A stretch of DNA of 64,000 bases from contig JBAZHG010000001.1 of assembly GCA_041652475.1 (NCBI GenBank), positions 72,522-136,521 on the forward strand, written 5' to 3'. This DNA comes from Bacilli bacterium. Lineage in GTDB: Bacteria > Bacillota_I > Bacilli_A > RFN20 > CAG-826. Each line of letters opens with the position of its first letter. The stretch's first letter is position 1. The position numbers and the translations under genes were made by a program. The notes beneath the pieces were generated by a model that worked only from the letters and a program-made list of their open reading frames with translations, searched no databases and had not been told where the DNA came from. This document shows positions 60,593-64,000 of this stretch, piece after piece.

Positions 60593-62089
60593 TCAAGCGG
60601 CGCTCGGAGTTTGCTTGAGTTCTCGTGAGGTTTGTTTGGTCAAATCCGTTTGCCATTGAGCTTTATGATAGACGATGAAGGCGATGGCCGCCCGCAGAAC
60701 TTCGACGAAACGATCAATCAAGAAAATGAAAATCACCAAATCAGCCGGCAACCCGAAAAAGGCAAACACCGCTTGAAGTCCGGGACTCGTCTCGACGACG
60801 CCCGGAAAAACAAACGCAAACAAAGCCACGAGCGGGGCTTTGATGAACAAGTAGGGGATGTTGGTAATCAAAATCGGAGCCTTGGTATAACCACCCGCCC
60901 GAGTGATGAAGGTGACGTTCATGGCATAGAAAAGGAACGGCAAAGCCAACGACTGCAAGATCATGGTGGCCGCTAGTAGCTGGTTACCGGCCGCGTCGAA
61001 CGAGAAGAGTAATTGAACAAGGGGAATCAGTCCGATCATGATCAAAACGGTGGCCAGGCTCATCATGACGATGTAGCCGATTTGCCAGCGGGCGTTGCGT
61101 TTGGCTTCTTCGATTTTCCCGGCCCCGAGACGGGTTCCCACCAAGATGGCGGCGGCCGTGCCCATGCCTCCGACGAAGGCGTGAATCAATTCGACCACCC
61201 GAGTCGACACGTTGACGGCGGCGATGTTGGTGGCGTTGCCGCTATCGATGCGCGCATAAGCGAAGAACATGAAAACGGCCAAACCTTCGGTCAAAACCTG
61301 GGCAAAAACGAGCGGCCAACTCTTGCGCATGATGTTTGATGAAAACTCGCGCGGGATTACGAATAACTCGGCCCACGTCCCATGGAAGGCCGGTTTGTGC
61401 CGATAGAAATAGAAAAGCAAGATGCCCAGTTCCACCAATCGCGATAACAAGGTGGCGACGGCCGCCCCGATCACGCCCATGCCGAGTGGGTAGATCAGGA
61501 TGTAGTTCATCACGAAATTGAACAAGGCGGCGCTGCCGCTTGCAATCAAGGGTATCGTCGTTTTTTTAATAGCCCGCAAGCAAAAGGAAATGGCCACGCT
61601 GATCGAGTAAGGGATGAAGGTCCAAGCGACGATGGCCAGGTACTGTTTGCCAAGCTCAAGCATGACCAGTCCCGAACCCATGCCGGTGGCGAATAAATAG
61701 ACGATTTCGTTTCGAAAGAAAAAGCCCAAAATCAGCGAGGCAATCCCGAAGCCGACGGTCAGCTTTAGGCACAACCCGAAGACCTTCTTCATTGCCTTTC
61801 CGTTTTTGGCCCCGAAGTATTGGGCTAGAAATATCGTGCATGAAATCGCCAATAGGATCATGATGTTTTCAAACGTCGCCATGAACCTTCCGGCAATCAT
61901 CACCGCGGCTGCCGCGATCTCGCTACCGCCCTGTCCGTAGGCCAGATTGCCCCACCGGCCAATCATGGCAGAATCCATCAAATTGACGCTGGCGGATATA
62001 AGCTGCTGCAAGGCAATTGGAAAAGCGACGAAGAACATTTCTTTGTAGAAGGGTTTGTCGCCAATATACCGCTTAAAGAAGGCTTTCAT
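60593..62089 (-). CDS. MATE family efflux transporter
   Basis: ~498 aa with 12 TM helices and a MatE-like N-terminus (FFVAFPIALQQLISASVNLMDSAMIG). Confidence 0.85.
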   Translation of the reverse strand: MKAFFKRYIGDKPFYKEMFFVAFPIALQQLISASVNLMDSAMIGRWGNLAYGQGGSEIAAAAVMIAGRFMATFENIMILLAISCTIFLAQYFGAKNGKAMKKVFGLCLKLTVGFGIASLILGFFFRNEIVYLFATGMGSGLVMLELGKQYLAIVAWTFIPYSISVAISFCLRAIKKTTIPLIASGSAALFNFVMNYILIYPLGMGVIGAAVATLLSRLVELGILLFYFYRHKPAFHGTWAELFVIPREFSSNIMRKSWPLVFAQVLTEGLAVFMFFAYARIDSGNATNIAAVNVSTRVVELIHAFVGGMGTAAAILVGTRLGAGKIEEAKRNARWQIGYIVMMSLATVLIMIGLIPLVQLLFSFDAAGNQLLAATMILQSLALPFLFYAMNVTFITRAGGYTKAPILITNIPYLFIKAPLVALFAFVFPGVVETSPGLQAVFAFFGLPADLVIFIFLIDRFVEVLRAAIAFIVYHKAQWQTDLTKQTSRELKQTPSAA

Positions 62090-62163
62090 AGGCACTCCGC
62101 ATTATTGTATGGTAAAACGGAAATTTATTAAAGGGAATATTGAGAAATTTAATCCTTCTGGAT

Positions 62164-62190
62164 AAAGAAAAAGCGCCCATTAGGGCGCTT
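62164..62190 (-). terminator. Intrinsic terminator of hsp20
   Basis: AAGCGCCC-TAAT-GGGCGCTT followed on the minus strand by TTTTCTTT. Confidence 0.75.
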
Positions 62191-62208
62191 AGGAATCCAA
62201 GGCGGCGC

Positions 62209-62640
62209 TTACTCGATTTCAATCTTGTGTTTGGTTTCTTCTTTTTCGGGAACGCTCTTGGGGACCGTCAGGGTCAAGACGCCGTTTTCCATTTTGGCTT
62301 TGATGTCTTTTTGCTGGATTTCCTCGCCGACGTAGAAGGACCGGCAGGCCGAACGGTAATAGCGTTCGCGCCGAACGTAATTCGCCTGGTCCTCATCGGT
62401 TTCGGTTTTTTGTTCGGCGGTGATGGTCAAGTAGCCGTTTTCAAGCGCGATGTCGATGTTTTCCTTGGCGATGCCGGGAACGTTGATTGACAGTTCGTAG
62501 TCGCTATCGGTTTCCTTGATGTCGGTTTGAAGACCCTGGTTCATCCAGTTGCCGCTACGACGATGCCGGAAGGGATCCATCGGGAACCAATCCTCGAAAA
62601 TCGAGCCCGGATTCAGTAGTGAGAATTTGTTGTCTAGCAT
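62209..62640 (-). CDS. Hsp20/alpha-crystallin family small heat-shock protein
   Basis: 143 aa, DIKETDSDYELSINVPGIAKENIDIALENGYLTI...GVLTLTVPK. AAGGAGG SD before the ATG at 62640. Confidence 0.93.
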   Translation of the reverse strand: MLDNKFSLLNPGSIFEDWFPMDPFRHRRSGNWMNQGLQTDIKETDSDYELSINVPGIAKENIDIALENGYLTITAEQKTETDEDQANYVRRERYYRSACRSFYVGEEIQQKDIKAKMENGVLTLTVPKSVPEKEETKHKIEIE

Positions 62641-62699
62641 AAATATGTTCCTCCTTTTTGATAATGATTTTTCAGCGCTTCTTCGGTGGCGCAAGTATA

Positions 62700-62741
62700 T
62701 TCTAGCACACTATTTAGCACTGTCAAGCAATGAGTGCTAAT
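62700..62741 (-). promoter_or_regulatory. CIRCE (HrcA operator) overlapping the hsp20 sigma-A promoter
   Basis: TTAGCACTG-TCAAGCAAT-GAGTGCTAA (62715-62741), a near-perfect CIRCE. On the minus strand TTGACA (62727-62722) lies inside it, followed by a 16-nt spacer and TGCTAGAAT (-10 at 62705-62700). Confidence 0.8.
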
Positions 62742-62898
62742 TTTTAAATAAAGGTGATTCTGTTCCAAATATCAGGTTTGTTTCATCAATGATTTGCAGG
62801 CATGAAAGGTGGTATCAAACCGCAAAAATGCTATTATTAGCCATATACATTCATCCAAATACTATAGTATGGAATCATGCCAAGAAAAGGTGCCCGCT

Positions 62899-63891
62899 AT
62901 GAAAACGATCATCAACGATTCACTCGACCCACGCTACAATCTCGCACTCGAAGAGTACGTGCTTAAGCATCTTGACACCAAGGAAGATTTTGTCCTACTT
63001 TGGCAAAACGCCAACAGCGTGATTATCGGCCGCAACCAAAACACGATTGAAGAGGTGAACGCCGCTTATGTCGAAAGTCATCGGGTCAACGTCGTGCGCC
63101 GGATTACCGGCGGCGGTGCCGTCTACCACGACATGGGCAACCTCAACTTCTCGTTCATCACCGCGTCGGCCCGGGACAATGTCAACAACTACCGGAAATT
63201 CATCGATCCGGTCGTCGCCGCCCTGCGAAGTTTCGGGGTCCCGGCCGAGTTTTCGGGCCGCAACGACATAGTCGTCGATGGCATGAAGATCTCCGGGAAC
63301 GCTCAAGCCTACCATAAGCACCGCATGCTTCATCACGGCACCATCCTGCTGAACGCCGATTTGACGATGATCTTCAACGTCCTGGACGTTAAGCCGGACA
63401 AGATCGCGTCCAAAGGCATCAAAAGCAACCGAGCCCGAGTCACCAACATCATGCCTTATCTCAAAGAACCGGTCTCCATGGCCGAATTCAAAGAACGTTT
63501 GCTGAAGTACCTGCTTGGGAGTGAGGACATCTCGCGGCACGTTTACATGCTGACCAGGCACGATCAAGAAAAGATCCAAGCGCTAATCGACGAGAAGTAC
63601 GCCACCTGGGCATGGAATTACGGTCAATCGCCGGCATTCTCGCTTGAATGCAAAGGCCGTTATGAAGGTGGTGGCATTTCCATCCGTCTCAACATCGAGG
63701 AGGGTTTGATTAAAAGCTGCCGCATCTATGGCGACTTTCTCGGCGTGGAGGACATTGCCGGACTCGAGGAGAAATTAGTTGGTATCCGTTATGACAAAGC
63801 GACCCTTGAAACGGCCCTGGCACGAATCGATTTGGACCGTTACTTGCTGAAAATATCCCGCGATGACATCCTTGATTGCCTTTTCAAATAA
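62899..63891 (+). CDS. lplA: Lipoate--protein ligase
   Basis: DPRYNLALEEYVLK, RRITGGGAVYHDMGNLNFSF and KISGNAQ motifs. ATG at 62899 after AAAAGGTG. Confidence 0.92.
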   Translation: MKTIINDSLDPRYNLALEEYVLKHLDTKEDFVLLWQNANSVIIGRNQNTIEEVNAAYVESHRVNVVRRITGGGAVYHDMGNLNFSFITASARDNVNNYRKFIDPVVAALRSFGVPAEFSGRNDIVVDGMKISGNAQAYHKHRMLHHGTILLNADLTMIFNVLDVKPDKIASKGIKSNRARVTNIMPYLKEPVSMAEFKERLLKYLLGSEDISRHVYMLTRHDQEKIQALIDEKYATWAWNYGQSPAFSLECKGRYEGGGISIRLNIEEGLIKSCRIYGDFLGVEDIAGLEEKLVGIRYDKATLETALARIDLDRYLLKISRDDILDCLFK

Positions 63892-63897
63892 TGAAAT

Positions 63898-63926
63898 AAT
63901 ACCGGCAAAACGCCGGTATTTTCTTT
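63898..63926. terminator. Bidirectional intrinsic terminator
   Basis: AATACCGGC-AAAAC-GCCGGTATT followed by TTCTTT. Confidence 0.7.
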
Positions 63927-64000
63927 AGATATGAATCGGTTTATTAACGATTCCATGAGTGACTTCATGAATCATTTCCGAAAGCGATGGGTGGGGATGA
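63925..64000 (-). CDS. C-terminal 24 codons of an unidentified protein ending in an HExxH motif (gene continues beyond the window end)
   Basis: My translation: HPHPSLSEMIHEVTHGIVNKPIHI*. Too short to assign. Confidence 0.3.
   Translation of the reverse strand, partial: HPHPSLSEMIHEVTHGIVNKPIHI

Overview
This is a dense, mostly housekeeping 64-kb chromosomal segment with about 60 protein genes, most on the minus strand. I infer a Firmicutes/Mollicutes-lineage bacterium. The evidence is the pcrA-ligA-gatCAB block, the tsaE-tsaB-rimI-tsaD operon, ECF S-components, lipobox lipoproteins, an oversized Opp transporter and many SD-less gene starts. The standard genetic code applies: TGA is used as a stop and Trp is TGG.

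Gene order:
- queA(partial)-tgt-queT queuosine salvage
- degV
- gatCAB, ligA, pcrA
- a thioredoxin-like protein plus uncharacterised membrane proteins
- asnS and the t6A operon
- ferredoxin-NADP reductase, DUF402, and thiT behind a TPP riboswitch
- ung
- an accessory glycan locus (21.4-31.5 kb): three GT-B glycosyltransferases, a TupA-like ATP-grasp, a lipoprotein, a Wzy/O-antigen-ligase-like protein, a GT-D-like protein and two tandem patatin-like lipases
- aldehyde dehydrogenase, PFK, GH13 alpha-glucosidase, GNAT, MFS, dps, nnrD, an acyltransferase, TPM/LemA
- oppABCDF, with oppB frameshifted and large insertions in oppC/D/F
- GH127-like/MFS/GH2 sugar genes
- htpG and hsp20, both behind CIRCE operators
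- a NatAB-like ABC exporter, a MATE transporter and lplA

I saw no rRNA, tRNA, CRISPR array, transposase, integrase or phage genes. I could not support a self-contained novel system such as a defence island. The most unusual features are:
- the tightly packed patatin-patatin-GT-D-Wzy operon inside the glycan locus
- the expanded Opp system
- CIRCE operators fused to the -35 boxes of htpG and hsp20
- a recurrent -10-box/N6-9/ATG (leaderless-like) start architecture
- a candidate minimal preQ1-I riboswitch upstream of queT
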